Source: Fidelibacterota bacterium
GTDB taxonomy: Bacteria > Pseudomonadota > Alphaproteobacteria > Rhodospirillales > Rhodospirillaceae
Direction of reading: 5' to 3'
Assembly (NCBI GenBank): GCA_947476895.1
Contig: CANJRX010000001.1
Span: 184,865-248,864, forward strand
DNA length: 64,000 bases
In this document: positions 40,517 through 51,570 of the stretch, in pieces
Layout: each line of letters opens with the position of its first letter
How positions within the stretch are numbered: position 1 is the first letter of the stretch
Notes under the pieces: model-generated
What the model was told of the DNA's origin: nothing
Database searches by the model: none
The model's input: the letters and a program-made list of their open reading frames with translations, nothing else
Translations under genes and position numbers: made by a program

Positions 40517-41397
40517 CTAAAGTTGGGTATCTCTAAAAGCTGAACATGAGACAGCAGGGGATGAATAAGTTTTGTGGTTGCCTCTGAAGAGTTAGAAGTG
40601 GCGGGTGTTTCATCTACCTTGTCTACGAGAACCGCAACTCCTGAGAATCCAAAAGATTTCACAAATTCGACGAGCTTACTGAGAATTGCGCGAGGCGCAT
40701 TTGGCGCATCCCCTGTAAGAGATTTCAGTAATGCTTCGGCAGGTCCCGAAATATCAACGGAGTCGTTAAGGGTCTTTTTAGACAGCGCAGCGACAACGCC
40801 AGCCAAAATCTTGCTCAACGCATCCCATCGCTTGCCGGCCCAAATAGCGCTTTTTGTCATCCACGCGCTGTTAAGGAGACGTAAGGCATCGGTCGTTGAA
40901 ATTTCACGATCCATTTCAGGGACCGTTAAGTAAAAGCCCTTCACAAGCGCCAACGCGAGTGTTCGCTCTCCTTCGTCCAGTCCCTCAATGAAGATATTTC
41001 GGTCACCCTCCTCTAGAGAGGAAAGCCAAACTAAAATTTGTTCCACAACACAGAATGCGACAATACCTACCAATTCTCGCTCGGTAAGTTTGCCCGTTTT
41101 AAATGCTGTTTGGATTGAAGAATAGTCAGTCAGATTAATTGCAAACGGATGAGGTCCGCCAAACGCAGCACCGGCAATGTTTTTCCAAACCTCTCCGTAA
41201 ACCGTTAAGCGCGTAGCGCTTTTTCCTGCACCCCGATCGCCAAAGAGAATGAAGGAAGTTAGACCCCTAACTCTGTCTGATATTGCCTGAAGATATGGCG
41301 GGCGGACTGCGTAACTGACAATATTTGGCTCGGTTTCGGCCGTATAATGTTCGAACGGATTGCCGCGTAGTTTTAATGTCTCGACTAGCGTGCGCAT
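40405..41397 (-). CDS. Orphan P-loop NTPase (N-terminal portion: Walker A and Walker B), KAP/STAND/ORC-like, family unassigned
   Basis: ATG at 41397 lies 20 nt after the dnaJ stop, with GAGGGTGGGGA upstream. Walker A GDRGAGKS (aa 53-60). Helical insert of ~195 aa. Walker B AVLVDKVDE (aa 255-263). The last ~35 aa (WVLFLWSKVWTTFSLTNMPYALISSRTPTSLGMARG) look like out-of-frame sequence. Confidence 0.6.
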   Translation of the reverse strand: MRTLVETLKLRGNPFEHYTAETEPNIVSYAVRPPYLQAISDRVRGLTSFILFGDRGAGKSATRLTVYGEVWKNIAGAAFGGPHPFAINLTDYSSIQTAFKTGKLTERELVGIVAFCVVEQILVWLSSLEEGDRNIFIEGLDEGERTLALALVKGFYLTVPEMDREISTTDALRLLNSAWMTKSAIWAGKRWDALSKILAGVVAALSKKTLNDSVDISGPAEALLKSLTGDAPNAPRAILSKLVEFVKSFGFSGVAVLVDKVDETPATSNSSEATTKLIHPLLSHVQLLEIPNFSWVLFLWSKVWTTFSLTNMPYALISSRTPTSLGMARG

Positions 41398-41417
41398 CGT
41401 TCCCCACCCTCGCAAAT

Positions 41418-42572
41418 CTATTTTTCTGCCCTAGCCGCTCCAGCAATGAATTCCTTCACCTTGCCCAAGAAGCTAGAGCATTCAGGGCTGTAGGTGGCGG
41501 CTTCGCCGTCCTTCTCGAACTCTTCCATCAGCTTGCGCTGTTTGTCGGTGAGGTTCACGGGCACTTCGATTGCCGCTTCCAGGAACATGTCGCCGCGTGC
41601 TGTGGAGCGCAGCACGCTCATGCCCTTGCTCTTCAGGCGGAAGCGGTGGCCGTTCTGGCAGCCTTTGGGAATTTGAACTTTGACTTTGCTGCCGTCGATG
41701 ACCGGCATTTCCACTTCCGCGCCCAGCACGGCCGCGGTCATGGAGATGGGCATGCGCATGAAGAGGTTAGCGCCGTCGCGCTGGAACATGCGGTGCGGCG
41801 TGATGGCCAAGAAAATGTAGAGATCGCCCGCAGGTGCGCCGTGCATGCCGGCTTCGCCTTCGCCGGCGAGGCGGATGCGTGTGCCTTCTTCGACGCCCGG
41901 CGGAATGGTGACGTCGAGGCTTTTTTCTTTGCGCGTGCGGCCTGCACCGCTGCACTTCGGACAGGGATCGGTGATGACTTTGCCGCCGCCGTGGCAGGTG
42001 GGGCAAACGCGCTCGACGGTGAAGAAGCCCTGCTGGCTGCGAATTTTGCCCGCACCTTTACAGCCCGGACAGGTGGAGGGCGCCGCGCCGTCTTTCGCGC
42101 CGGAGCCTTTGCACTTTTCGCAGGCGACCGATGATGGAATCGTGACCGAAGCTTTCTTGCCGTTGAAGGCTTCTTCCAGCGTGATTTCCATGTTGTAGCG
42201 CAAGTCTTGGCCGCGCGCCGGACCGCCCCGACCACCACCGCCGCGCCGGCCCATCATGTCGCCGAACATTTCGTCGAAGATGTCGGCAAAGCCCGCGCCG
42301 AAATCGAAACCAAAGCCACCCGCACCGCCGCCGTTGCCTTGCTCGAAGGCCGCATGGCCATAGCGATCGTAAGCCGCGCGCTTTTGTTCATCGCGCAGGA
42401 TGTCGTAGGCTTCACTCAGAACTTTGAATTTGTGCTCGGCTTCTTTGTTGCCGGGATTACGGTCGGGGTGAAAATCCATCGCCAGTTTGCGATAGGATTT
42501 TTTGAGATCGTCACCCGACGCCGTTTTGGCGACGCCCAGAATCTCGTAATAGCACTGCTTTACCGCGGCCAT
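41418..42572 (-). CDS. dnaJ: Molecular chaperone DnaJ
   Basis: J-domain (YYEILGV...HPDRNPG), G/F-rich region and four CxxCxGxG zinc-finger repeats. 384 aa. Confidence 0.97.
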   Translation of the reverse strand: MAAVKQCYYEILGVAKTASGDDLKKSYRKLAMDFHPDRNPGNKEAEHKFKVLSEAYDILRDEQKRAAYDRYGHAAFEQGNGGGAGGFGFDFGAGFADIFDEMFGDMMGRRGGGGRGGPARGQDLRYNMEITLEEAFNGKKASVTIPSSVACEKCKGSGAKDGAAPSTCPGCKGAGKIRSQQGFFTVERVCPTCHGGGKVITDPCPKCSGAGRTRKEKSLDVTIPPGVEEGTRIRLAGEGEAGMHGAPAGDLYIFLAITPHRMFQRDGANLFMRMPISMTAAVLGAEVEMPVIDGSKVKVQIPKGCQNGHRFRLKSKGMSVLRSTARGDMFLEAAIEVPVNLTDKQRKLMEEFEKDGEAATYSPECSSFLGKVKEFIAGAARAEK

Positions 42573-42682
42573 TGCTTAGCTGATCTCCATGTTCGCATGC
42601 GGCCCGGAGAATTTATTCTCCGGGCGCAGCGAGCATCGTTACCTCAAAGCCCACCAGGTCCCCCCTGTATAGGCAGCTCGTC

Positions 42683-44587
<1,905 letters not shown>

Positions 44588-44732
44588 ACGCTTTGTTCCT
44601 TCTTTCAGCGGCAGACATCGAGAACCCAGATTGGCGTTCCGGATGTCCCCAAAATTAAATACGCATCATGACGTTAGAGATGCCTCTTCCGAGACAGGCT
44701 TACTTCCCCAAGCCGATCTCGTCTGGGGCGGT

Positions 44733-44761
44733 ATATAAGGGGAGGCCTTCAGGGCTGCAAC
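44733..44761 (-). promoter_or_regulatory. Putative RpoH (sigma-32)-type promoter of dnaK
   Basis: The minus strand reads GTTG-N18-CTTATAT, against the alphaproteobacterial sigma-32 consensus CTTG-N17/18-CYTATNT. It lies about 140 nt upstream of the dnaK ATG. Confidence 0.4.
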
Positions 44762-44832
44762 GGGCCAAGCGACTCTTTCTACGATGTTTTTCAGGGGTTT
44801 CGGCAGGCCAAACCTGTCCTTAAGTACCTTTT

Positions 44833-45486
44833 ATGCGCAACCTCAGCCTTGCCTTAGAGGATACCGCCCCGGCCCCAGACCTGCCGGAGGGCCTCTTTTG
44901 GCAAAAGCAGGCGTTGGACCTGGCCGCGCAAAAGCGGGTTTGGGGAGCGTTGCAGCAGGTTTTGGACGCGGCACCCCCGGCCCAAAACCGCACCAAGGGC
45001 GGCGGCATGACGTCGGCGGCCATGACCAACTGCGGGCAAGCCGGCTGGTGGAGCGATCCCAAAGGCTATCGCTACGTCACGGCGAACCCCGCCACCGGCC
45101 AGCCTTGGCCGCAGTTTCCGGATGCATTTATTGAAATAGTACAAAGGGTTACGGCGAAAAGTCCTTGGCCGGATTTCGCACCCGATGCCTGCCTGGTCAA
45201 CTTCTATGGCCCGGGCGCGAAGATGGGTCTGCACCAGGACAAAGACGAGCGGGACTTCACCCAGCCCATCATCACTATCTGCCTGGGCGACGCCGCCGAC
45301 TTTCTGGGGGGCGGCTTTGCCCGGAGCGATAAAGCGCAAAACTTGGTCGTGCGGAGCGGTGACGTGCTCGTGATGGGGGGCGCGAGCCGCATGCGCTTTC
45401 ACGGGATTCGCAAAATCTATCCCGGCACGAGTCCTTTGCCGGACATTGCCGGGCGCTACAGCCTGACCTTCCGAAAGGCGCTTTGA
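44833..45486 (+). CDS. alkB: Alpha-ketoglutarate/Fe(II)-dependent dioxygenase AlkB (alkylation repair)
   Basis: ...CLVNFYGPGAKMGLHQDKDE...GGASRMRFHGI... HxD...H and RxxxxR motifs of AlkB. Confidence 0.85.
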   Translation: MRNLSLALEDTAPAPDLPEGLFWQKQALDLAAQKRVWGALQQVLDAAPPAQNRTKGGGMTSAAMTNCGQAGWWSDPKGYRYVTANPATGQPWPQFPDAFIEIVQRVTAKSPWPDFAPDACLVNFYGPGAKMGLHQDKDERDFTQPIITICLGDAADFLGGGFARSDKAQNLVVRSGDVLVMGGASRMRFHGIRKIYPGTSPLPDIAGRYSLTFRKAL

Positions 45487-45924
45487 ATGAAAATCGTGCG
45501 CGCGGAGGAGTCGCTTCTAGGGGCCTGGTTGAAACTCCGCATCGCTTTGTGGCCGGAGGACGTGGCCAATCTGGCCGACGATCTGCCCGGCCTGCTGCGC
45601 GACCCGCAGCTTTTGAATTTGATCGCGCTGGCTGAGACCGGCGAGGCGATCGGCTTTGCCGAGGCCGCCTTGCGCCGCGATTACGTCAACGGTTGTGAAA
45701 CGTCGCCGGTGGGATTCCTCGAGGGCATTTACGTGGTACCCGCCCACCGCAAGACCGGCGTGGCACGGGCGCTTATTAAAGCCGTTGAAGACTGGAGCCG
45801 GGCGCAAGGCTGCGCGGAGTTTGCGTCGGACGCCCTGCTTGAAAATGCCGCGAGTCACCAGATGCACAAAGCGCTCGGCTTCGCGGAAACCGAGCGCGTC
45901 GAGTATTTCCGAAAAGTGCTCTAG
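45487..45924 (+). CDS. GNAT acetyltransferase resembling aminoglycoside 6'-N-acetyltransferase AAC(6')-I type
   Basis: 145 aa. LWPE...LRRDYVNGCETSPVGFLEGIYV.P..R..GVARALI..VE.W....GC.EFASDALLEN..SH..H.ALGF.ETERV.YF.K matches my recollection of the AAC(6')-I family pattern. The ATG abuts the alkB stop (TGAATG). Confidence 0.6.
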   Translation: MKIVRAEESLLGAWLKLRIALWPEDVANLADDLPGLLRDPQLLNLIALAETGEAIGFAEAALRRDYVNGCETSPVGFLEGIYVVPAHRKTGVARALIKAVEDWSRAQGCAEFASDALLENAASHQMHKALGFAETERVEYFRKVL

Positions 45925-47169
45925 CTAGTTTTTATACGAGACCCGCCAAACGGTTTGGGATTCGTCGTCGGCGATGAGGAGGCTGCCGTCTTTGGCAACA
46001 GCGATGCCTGCGGGACGGCCCCAGACATCAGCTTGGTTATCGCCGCCGGCCCAGAAGCCGCTTGCGAACACGATGTAATCGCAAACAGGCTTTTTGTTTT
46101 CAAAGGGTACATAGACCACGTTGTAAGCACGCGGGATCGCTGCGTTCCATGAGCCGTGCAAAGCGACGAACGCTCCACCCTGATATTCCTTCGGGAATTG
46201 CGTGGCGGTGTAGAACGCGATGCCGAGCGGCGCTGAATGCGAACGGAACGGCACGTCCGGCACGATAGCTTTTTTCACAAGGTCGGGGCGTTTGTCGGCA
46301 AAGCCCGGTTGCGGATGTTGTCCGATATAGCTGTAAGGCCAGCCGTAAAATCCATTGTCGGCGACCTTGGTCATGTAGTCGGGCACCAACTCGTCACCCA
46401 AAGTGTCGCGTTCGTTAACCACCGTGTAGAGATCGCTGGTTCCGGGATAATATGCTGTGCCCACCGCATTGCGCAGGCCGCTTGCGAAGGTGCGTTGATT
46501 GCTGGCTTTGGTTCCGGCCGCATCGAGCGTGAATTCTTGAATGGTCGCACGCGGCAGCGGTTCTTCCGCGAGGTTGCCGCGCGAGCCGATGGAGACCATC
46601 AGCTTCGTGCCATCAGGGCTAAGCGTAAGTGTGCGCGTGGAATGACCACCGGCCGATCCAAAAGCACCCGCCGGTGTGATCATCACTTGCGGCGCGGTGG
46701 CTTTGGTATCGCCGGCCTTATAGGGAATGCGCCAAGCCCCTTCGCTGTCGCCGACATAGAGCGCGTCTTTGCCGATGGCGAGACCATAAGCGATGCTGAA
46801 GCCGCCGGCGAAGGTGGTGACAAGCTCGGCTTTGCCGTCGCCGTCGGCATCCCGCAGCAACGTAATCTTTCCAGTATTTTGTTCAGCCAGCAGCACATCG
46901 CCGTTGCTTGCGACGATCATGTTGCGGGCGTTGGTGAGGCCTTCGGCAAAAACATTCACGGTGAAGCCCGCCGGAACGCTGAGCGTTGCCTTGGCAGGTT
47001 TCGGAATAGTGCGCGAGCCGTTGGATTTGCTGGGCGTGGCACCCGGCTCAGCCAAGGTCTTCACATCGATCTTGATGCGCGTTCCGGGCTTTTGTGAAGG
47101 ATCGGCAGCAAAGGCTGTCGTTGCGAGGGAGAGGAAAACGGTTGCCACTAAAGCCGAACGTAATCTCAT
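45925..47169 (-). CDS. PQQ-dependent sugar (glucose/sorbosone) dehydrogenase, soluble beta-propeller type, secreted
   Basis: Signal peptide MRLRSALVATVFLSLATTAFA. Beta-propeller SGDH-like repeats. 414 aa. Confidence 0.7.
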   Translation of the reverse strand: MRLRSALVATVFLSLATTAFAADPSQKPGTRIKIDVKTLAEPGATPSKSNGSRTIPKPAKATLSVPAGFTVNVFAEGLTNARNMIVASNGDVLLAEQNTGKITLLRDADGDGKAELVTTFAGGFSIAYGLAIGKDALYVGDSEGAWRIPYKAGDTKATAPQVMITPAGAFGSAGGHSTRTLTLSPDGTKLMVSIGSRGNLAEEPLPRATIQEFTLDAAGTKASNQRTFASGLRNAVGTAYYPGTSDLYTVVNERDTLGDELVPDYMTKVADNGFYGWPYSYIGQHPQPGFADKRPDLVKKAIVPDVPFRSHSAPLGIAFYTATQFPKEYQGGAFVALHGSWNAAIPRAYNVVYVPFENKKPVCDYIVFASGFWAGGDNQADVWGRPAGIAVAKDGSLLIADDESQTVWRVSYKN

Positions 47170-47188
47170 CGCGCTCTCCCTATTTTAT

Positions 47189-47809
47189 TTAAACCGTGGC
47201 GTTCACTCCGCCCGTGCCGTTTGTGCTGCTGGGCGCGGCTTCGCGCTTCGGTCCGCCTTTGGAGACAACCACCATGGCGGGGCGCAGCAAACGATCATGG
47301 ATCATATACGCGTCTTGGAAAACCTGCACGACCGTACCACTGGGCACGCCCGGGTTATCGACTTCCTGAATGGCATTGTGGAAGTTGGCGTCGAAGGGCT
47401 GGTTCAGGACATTGAGTTTGCGCACGCCCTGGTTTTCCAGAACCGTGCCGAGTTCTTTTTCCGTGAGTTCCACGCCGGTTGCGAGATTACGCAAGGTTTC
47501 GTTGGCGGCGCGAGACTCTGGCGGCGCGGCAAGTAACGCGCGGCCCAGATTGTCGGCGACTTGTAACAGCGCCTTGGCGACGTTTGTAACAGAGTACTTG
47601 GCGTTATCGGCGATGCGCTTGTCAGCGCGCTTGCCGGCGTTCTCGGCTTCGGCAAGCGCGGTGAGGCGCTCAGCCTTCAAGATATCGACCAGCGCCTCCA
47701 CTTCAATGAGGCGTCTTTGAAGATCCTCATAGGACGGCGCGGCAGCAGGCGCTTGCTCGAAGGGCGCTTCGGGATTGTCTGAGGGCGTCGTTTGGTCTGC
47801 GTTTGTCAT
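47189..47809 (-). CDS. grpE: Nucleotide exchange factor GrpE
   Basis: 206 aa. ...FDANFHNAIQEV... and the C-terminal beta-domain pattern of GrpE. Follows hrcA. Confidence 0.9.
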   Translation of the reverse strand: MTNADQTTPSDNPEAPFEQAPAAAPSYEDLQRRLIEVEALVDILKAERLTALAEAENAGKRADKRIADNAKYSVTNVAKALLQVADNLGRALLAAPPESRAANETLRNLATGVELTEKELGTVLENQGVRKLNVLNQPFDANFHNAIQEVDNPGVPSGTVVQVFQDAYMIHDRLLRPAMVVVSKGGPKREAAPSSTNGTGGVNATV

Positions 47810-47859
47810 GGTGCGTAAATCTTTTACCTAAGGTGAGGGAGTAACTTATTTCTCAAATC

Positions 47860-48930
47860 TTATTTTTCAAGCATGCGGCCGACAAGCTTTGCCGTGTAGT
47901 CGACCATAGGAATAATGCGGGCGTAGTTGAGGCGGGTGGGGCCAATGACGCCGATCGCACCCACGATCTGTTCGCGCGCGTTCTGGAAGGGTGCGACGAC
48001 CATCGAACAGCCAGCCATTCCAAAAAGTTCATTCTGCGCGCCGATGAAAATCTGCACACCGTCGCCGCGGCCCACCAGATCGAGCACGCGCAGCATTTCT
48101 TCGCGAGCTTCCAGCACTGTGAACAAATGGCGGATGCTTTCCAAATCTTCCAGCGCTGTGACGTTGTTCAAAAGATTAGACTGACCTTTGATGATCAGCG
48201 CCGCATCGCGCACGTTCGAGGCGCTGGCACCGCCCCAGGTGGCGAGGCCGGCTTTGACGACCTTCGCTGTCAATTCATCCAGCTCAGCGCGGCGTGAATC
48301 GAGATCGGCGAGGATATCTGTCTTGGCTTCAGCCAGGGTTTTACCGGTGAGATGCGCGACCAGGAAATTTCCGGCCTGGACGAGGGCCGACGGCGGAAGA
48401 TCGGCCGGCACTTCAATCAGGCGATTTTCGACCACGCCGCTTTCGTTGACCATCACCACCAGCGCGCTGCCGGGTTTGAGGTGCACAAACTCGATATGCT
48501 TCAACGGCGCTTCGACCTTAGGCGCCATGACGAGGCCTGCGCACTGCGCGAGACCCGCCAGAGTTCCCGTGGCCTGGGCCAGCACATCTTCCGGTGATCG
48601 CCCCGCCGCTTGGCAATGGGCATCAATGGTTTTGCGTTCTTCGGCGTCGAGGCCGCCGACCTGCAAGAGCCCGCTCACAAACATGCGCAGACCCGCCTCG
48701 GTCGGCAAACGGCCGGCGGAGGTGTGGGGCGCGAACAGAAGGCCGGCATATTCCAAATCCGCCATGACGTTGCGGATGGTGGCCGGGGACAACGAGCCGT
48801 TTAGCTTACGCGCAATGGTACGCGAGCCGACGGGCTCTCCCGTTTCCACATAAGCATCGACAATGTGACGGAAGATCTCCCGCGACCGCTCGTTTAACGC
48901 AACGACACTATGGGCGTCGGCAGCGATCAT
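47860..48930 (-). CDS. hrcA: Heat-inducible transcription repressor HrcA
   Basis: LNERSREIFRHIVDAYVETGEPVGSRTIA..., 356 aa. Conserved hrcA-grpE arrangement. Confidence 0.92.
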   Translation of the reverse strand: MIAADAHSVVALNERSREIFRHIVDAYVETGEPVGSRTIARKLNGSLSPATIRNVMADLEYAGLLFAPHTSAGRLPTEAGLRMFVSGLLQVGGLDAEERKTIDAHCQAAGRSPEDVLAQATGTLAGLAQCAGLVMAPKVEAPLKHIEFVHLKPGSALVVMVNESGVVENRLIEVPADLPPSALVQAGNFLVAHLTGKTLAEAKTDILADLDSRRAELDELTAKVVKAGLATWGGASASNVRDAALIIKGQSNLLNNVTALEDLESIRHLFTVLEAREEMLRVLDLVGRGDGVQIFIGAQNELFGMAGCSMVVAPFQNAREQIVGAIGVIGPTRLNYARIIPMVDYTAKLVGRMLEK

Positions 48931-48964
48931 GAGGCTTTGAACCGGTGCTAAAAGGGTGCCCGCT

Positions 48965-48993
48965 ATGTAAGCTGGGACACTGGATGCGTCAAT
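48965..48993 (-). promoter_or_regulatory. Putative heat-shock/sigma-70-like promoter of hrcA-grpE
   Basis: The minus strand reads ATTGACG-N15-CTTACAT (ATTG-N18-CTTACAT), about 35 nt upstream of the hrcA ATG. Partial match to CTTG-N17/18-CYTATNT. Confidence 0.3.
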
Positions 48994-49049
48994 GCGCCCA
49001 TGTTAGACGAAGCCCTTCAATTTCTTGTCTTTAGAATCGGTGTGCCCTT

Positions 49050-49793
49050 ATGACGTCTAGCCCTGTCAAACGCCTGTCCGGCCGTGCCGCCGATGCCTTG
49101 CGCCCCGTGAGTTTTGAGCTCGGCGTCAACAAACACGCCGAAGGCTCGTGCCTCGTCAAATTCGGTGACACCCATGTGCTGTGCCTCGCCTCGGTGGAAG
49201 AGTCGGTTCCGGGTTGGCTGAAGAACACGGGCAAAGGTTGGGTGACAGCGGAATACGGCATGTTGCCGCGCGCGACCAATACCCGCATGCCGCGCGAAGC
49301 GGCTAAGGGCGCTCAGTCGGGCCGCACCCAGGAAATTCAAAGGTTGGTCGGGCGGGCCTTACGCGCCGTCGTCGACATCCGCGGCTTTGGCGAAATTCAA
49401 GTGCGCGTCGACTGCGACGTGATTCAAGCCGACGGTGGCACACGCACCGCCAGCATCACCGGCGGATACCTCGCCCTCTATCAAGCCTTCGCCACCATGA
49501 AGCGCATGGGCGCCATCAATAAAATTCCGTTGCGCGAACCAGTCGCCGCCATCAGCTGCGGCCTCGTGAAAGGCAATGCGGTTTTGGATTTGGATTACGA
49601 AGAAGATTCGGGCGCACAAGCCGACGCCAACTTCGTGCTGACGGCGTCCGGTAAAATTGTCGAGATCCAAGGCACGGCCGAGGATCATCCGTTCGAAGAA
49701 GCTGAATTCTTAAACTTGATGGCGCTCGCTAAGAAGGGCGTCGCGGAATTGGTAGACTTGCAGCGCGCCGCGCTGGCCAAAGCAGGACTCTAA
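49050..49793 (+). CDS. rph: Ribonuclease PH
   Basis: ...[36 protein letters not shown]...[15 protein letters not shown]. Confidence 0.93.
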   Translation: MTSSPVKRLSGRAADALRPVSFELGVNKHAEGSCLVKFGDTHVLCLASVEESVPGWLKNTGKGWVTAEYGMLPRATNTRMPREAAKGAQSGRTQEIQRLVGRALRAVVDIRGFGEIQVRVDCDVIQADGGTRTASITGGYLALYQAFATMKRMGAINKIPLREPVAAISCGLVKGNAVLDLDYEEDSGAQADANFVLTASGKIVEIQGTAEDHPFEEAEFLNLMALAKKGVAELVDLQRAALAKAGL

Positions 49794-49795
49794 CG

Positions 49796-50392
49796 GTGGC
49801 GCGACGTTTCGCCGGCGGCAAACTTGTTGTGGCAAGCCACAACGCCGGCAAGGCGCGCGAGATCCGCGAACTGCTTGCCCCGTATCCGGTAGAAGTTATC
49901 TCGGCTGCCGATTTGAATCTTCCCGGGCCGGAAGAAACCGGCCTGACGTTTATCGCCAATGCAGAATTAAAAGCACGCGCCGCTGCGACGACGTCTGGCC
50001 TTGTCGCCCTGGCCGATGATTCCGGCATGAGCGTTGACGGTTTGAACGGCGCACCCGGAATTTATTCCGCGCGTTGGGCTGGTCCCGACAAAGACTTTGC
50101 TTTTGCCATGAAGCGCGTTGAAACCGAGCTGGGCGGCAATCCAAATCGCGGTGCGCAATTCAACTGTGCGCTGACGTTGTGCTGGCCCGATGGCCATTGC
50201 GAAAGCTTTGAAGGCACGCTGCAGGGGCAGTTGGTGTTTCCGCCACGTGGTACAAAGGGCTTTGGTTACGACCCTATTTTCATTCCCGAAGGCGAGACCC
50301 GCACCTTCGGCGAAATCTCGGCGGACGAAAAACACGCCATGAGTCATCGGGCGTTGGCGTTCCGCCAGCTGGTCGCCGCCTGTTTCGCATGA
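49796..50392 (+). CDS. rdgB: Non-canonical purine NTP pyrophosphatase (dITP/XTP pyrophosphatase) RdgB
   Basis: [14 protein letters not shown]...FGYDPIF...SHRA motifs. GTG start 2 nt after the rph stop. Confidence 0.88.
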   Translation: MARRFAGGKLVVASHNAGKAREIRELLAPYPVEVISAADLNLPGPEETGLTFIANAELKARAAATTSGLVALADDSGMSVDGLNGAPGIYSARWAGPDKDFAFAMKRVETELGGNPNRGAQFNCALTLCWPDGHCESFEGTLQGQLVFPPRGTKGFGYDPIFIPEGETRTFGEISADEKHAMSHRALAFRQLVAACFA

Positions 50393-51570
50393 ACGATATC
50401 GCGCAAGGCGATGAAGGCTTTGGGCTTTATGTGCACTGGCCTTTCTGCCTGTCCAAATGTCCCTACTGCGATTTCAATAGTCACGTCGCCGAACGTATTG
50501 ATCAGAACGTATGGCGCGAAGCCTTGCTGCGCGAACTGGCCACAACAGCCGCGCGTACGCCTGACCGTGTGCTGACGAGTATTTTTTTCGGCGGCGGCAC
50601 GCCTTCGCTTATGGATCCCGCCACCACCGCCGACATCATCGAAGCCGCGCGGCGTCATTGGCGCACGGCCAATGATTTAGAAATCACGCTTGAGGCCAAT
50701 CCCGGCACCGTGGATGCCGATCGCTTTAAAGCTATTCGCGCGGCGGGCGTTGATCGCCTGTCGATGGGCGTGCAGGCCTTGAACGAAAACGATCTCACGT
50801 TTCTAGGACGGCGTCATAATGTCGATGAAGCGCGCAAGGCGTGGCGCGCCGCGTCAAAAATTTTTCCGCGTGTGTCCTTCGATTTGATTTATGCGCGACC
50901 CGGTCAGACCGAAGATGCGTGGCGCGGTGAATTGACCGAAGCCTTGCGCGAAGTGAGCGATCACGGCATCACGCATCTGTCGCTCTATCAGCTGACCATG
51001 GAACAGGGCACGGCCATGTTCGATGCCCACACGCGCGGCGACTTCACCTTGCCCGACGAAGATGCGAGTGCAACGCTTTACGACATCACGCAGGACATTT
51101 GCGAGGCCGCGGGTTTTCCGGCCTACGAGATTTCCAATCACGCGAAAGACGGCGCGCAGTGCCGCCACAACCTCACCTACTGGCGCGGCGGTGATTATGT
51201 GGGTGTCGGTCCAGGAGCCCACGGACGACTCACACTCAATGGAACGCCGCGCGCCACGCGCCAGATCAAAGCGCCCGCCCTGTGGCTGAAGCGCGTGGCC
51301 GCCGAGGGTCATGGCACACAGGAAGAAGAGACCCTGACTGTCGAAACACGCGCTCAGGAGCTCGTGATGGTGGGACTACGCTTGGCTGAAGGGCTAGATA
51401 AGGCGCGATTCGCCCGTCTGACCGGCCAGACCCTGGACCGGGTCATCGACCTGGAAGCCGTGACCACGCTGATCGCCGACGGATATCTGACCGATACGCC
51501 GGCCCGATTGACGGCGACCCCCAAGGGTAGGCTGACCCTCAACGCGGTCTTGCGGGAATTGCTGGCCTAG
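50389..51570 (+). CDS. hemW: Radical SAM heme chaperone HemW (HemN-like, oxygen-independent coproporphyrinogen oxidase family)
   Basis: [17 protein letters not shown] (CxxxCxxC). The ATG overlaps the rdgB stop (ATGA). Conserved rph-rdgB-hemW order. Confidence 0.88.
   Translation: MNDIAQGDEGFGLYVHWPFCLSKCPYCDFNSHVAERIDQNVWREALLRELATTAARTPDRVLTSIFFGGGTPSLMDPATTADIIEAARRHWRTANDLEITLEANPGTVDADRFKAIRAAGVDRLSMGVQALNENDLTFLGRRHNVDEARKAWRAASKIFPRVSFDLIYARPGQTEDAWRGELTEALREVSDHGITHLSLYQLTMEQGTAMFDAHTRGDFTLPDEDASATLYDITQDICEAAGFPAYEISNHAKDGAQCRHNLTYWRGGDYVGVGPGAHGRLTLNGTPRATRQIKAPALWLKRVAAEGHGTQEEETLTVETRAQELVMVGLRLAEGLDKARFARLTGQTLDRVIDLEAVTTLIADGYLTDTPARLTATPKGRLTLNAVLRELLA

Noticed and set aside
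45921-45928. Palindrome CTAGCTAG formed by the abutting stop codons of the convergent GNAT and PQQ-dehydrogenase genes. Also the overlapping convergent stops of the kinase and ampG at 32383-32386.
   Set aside because: These show compact gene packing without intergenic terminators. That is noteworthy for transcription read-through, but there is no evidence of a functional element beyond the stop codons themselves.
48940-48960. Possible CIRCE operator upstream of hrcA (GGTGCTAA resembles the right half GAGTGCTAA).
   Set aside because: No matching left half (TTAGCACTC) lies 9 nt upstream. CIRCE is normally found at groES/groEL promoters, which are not in this window.
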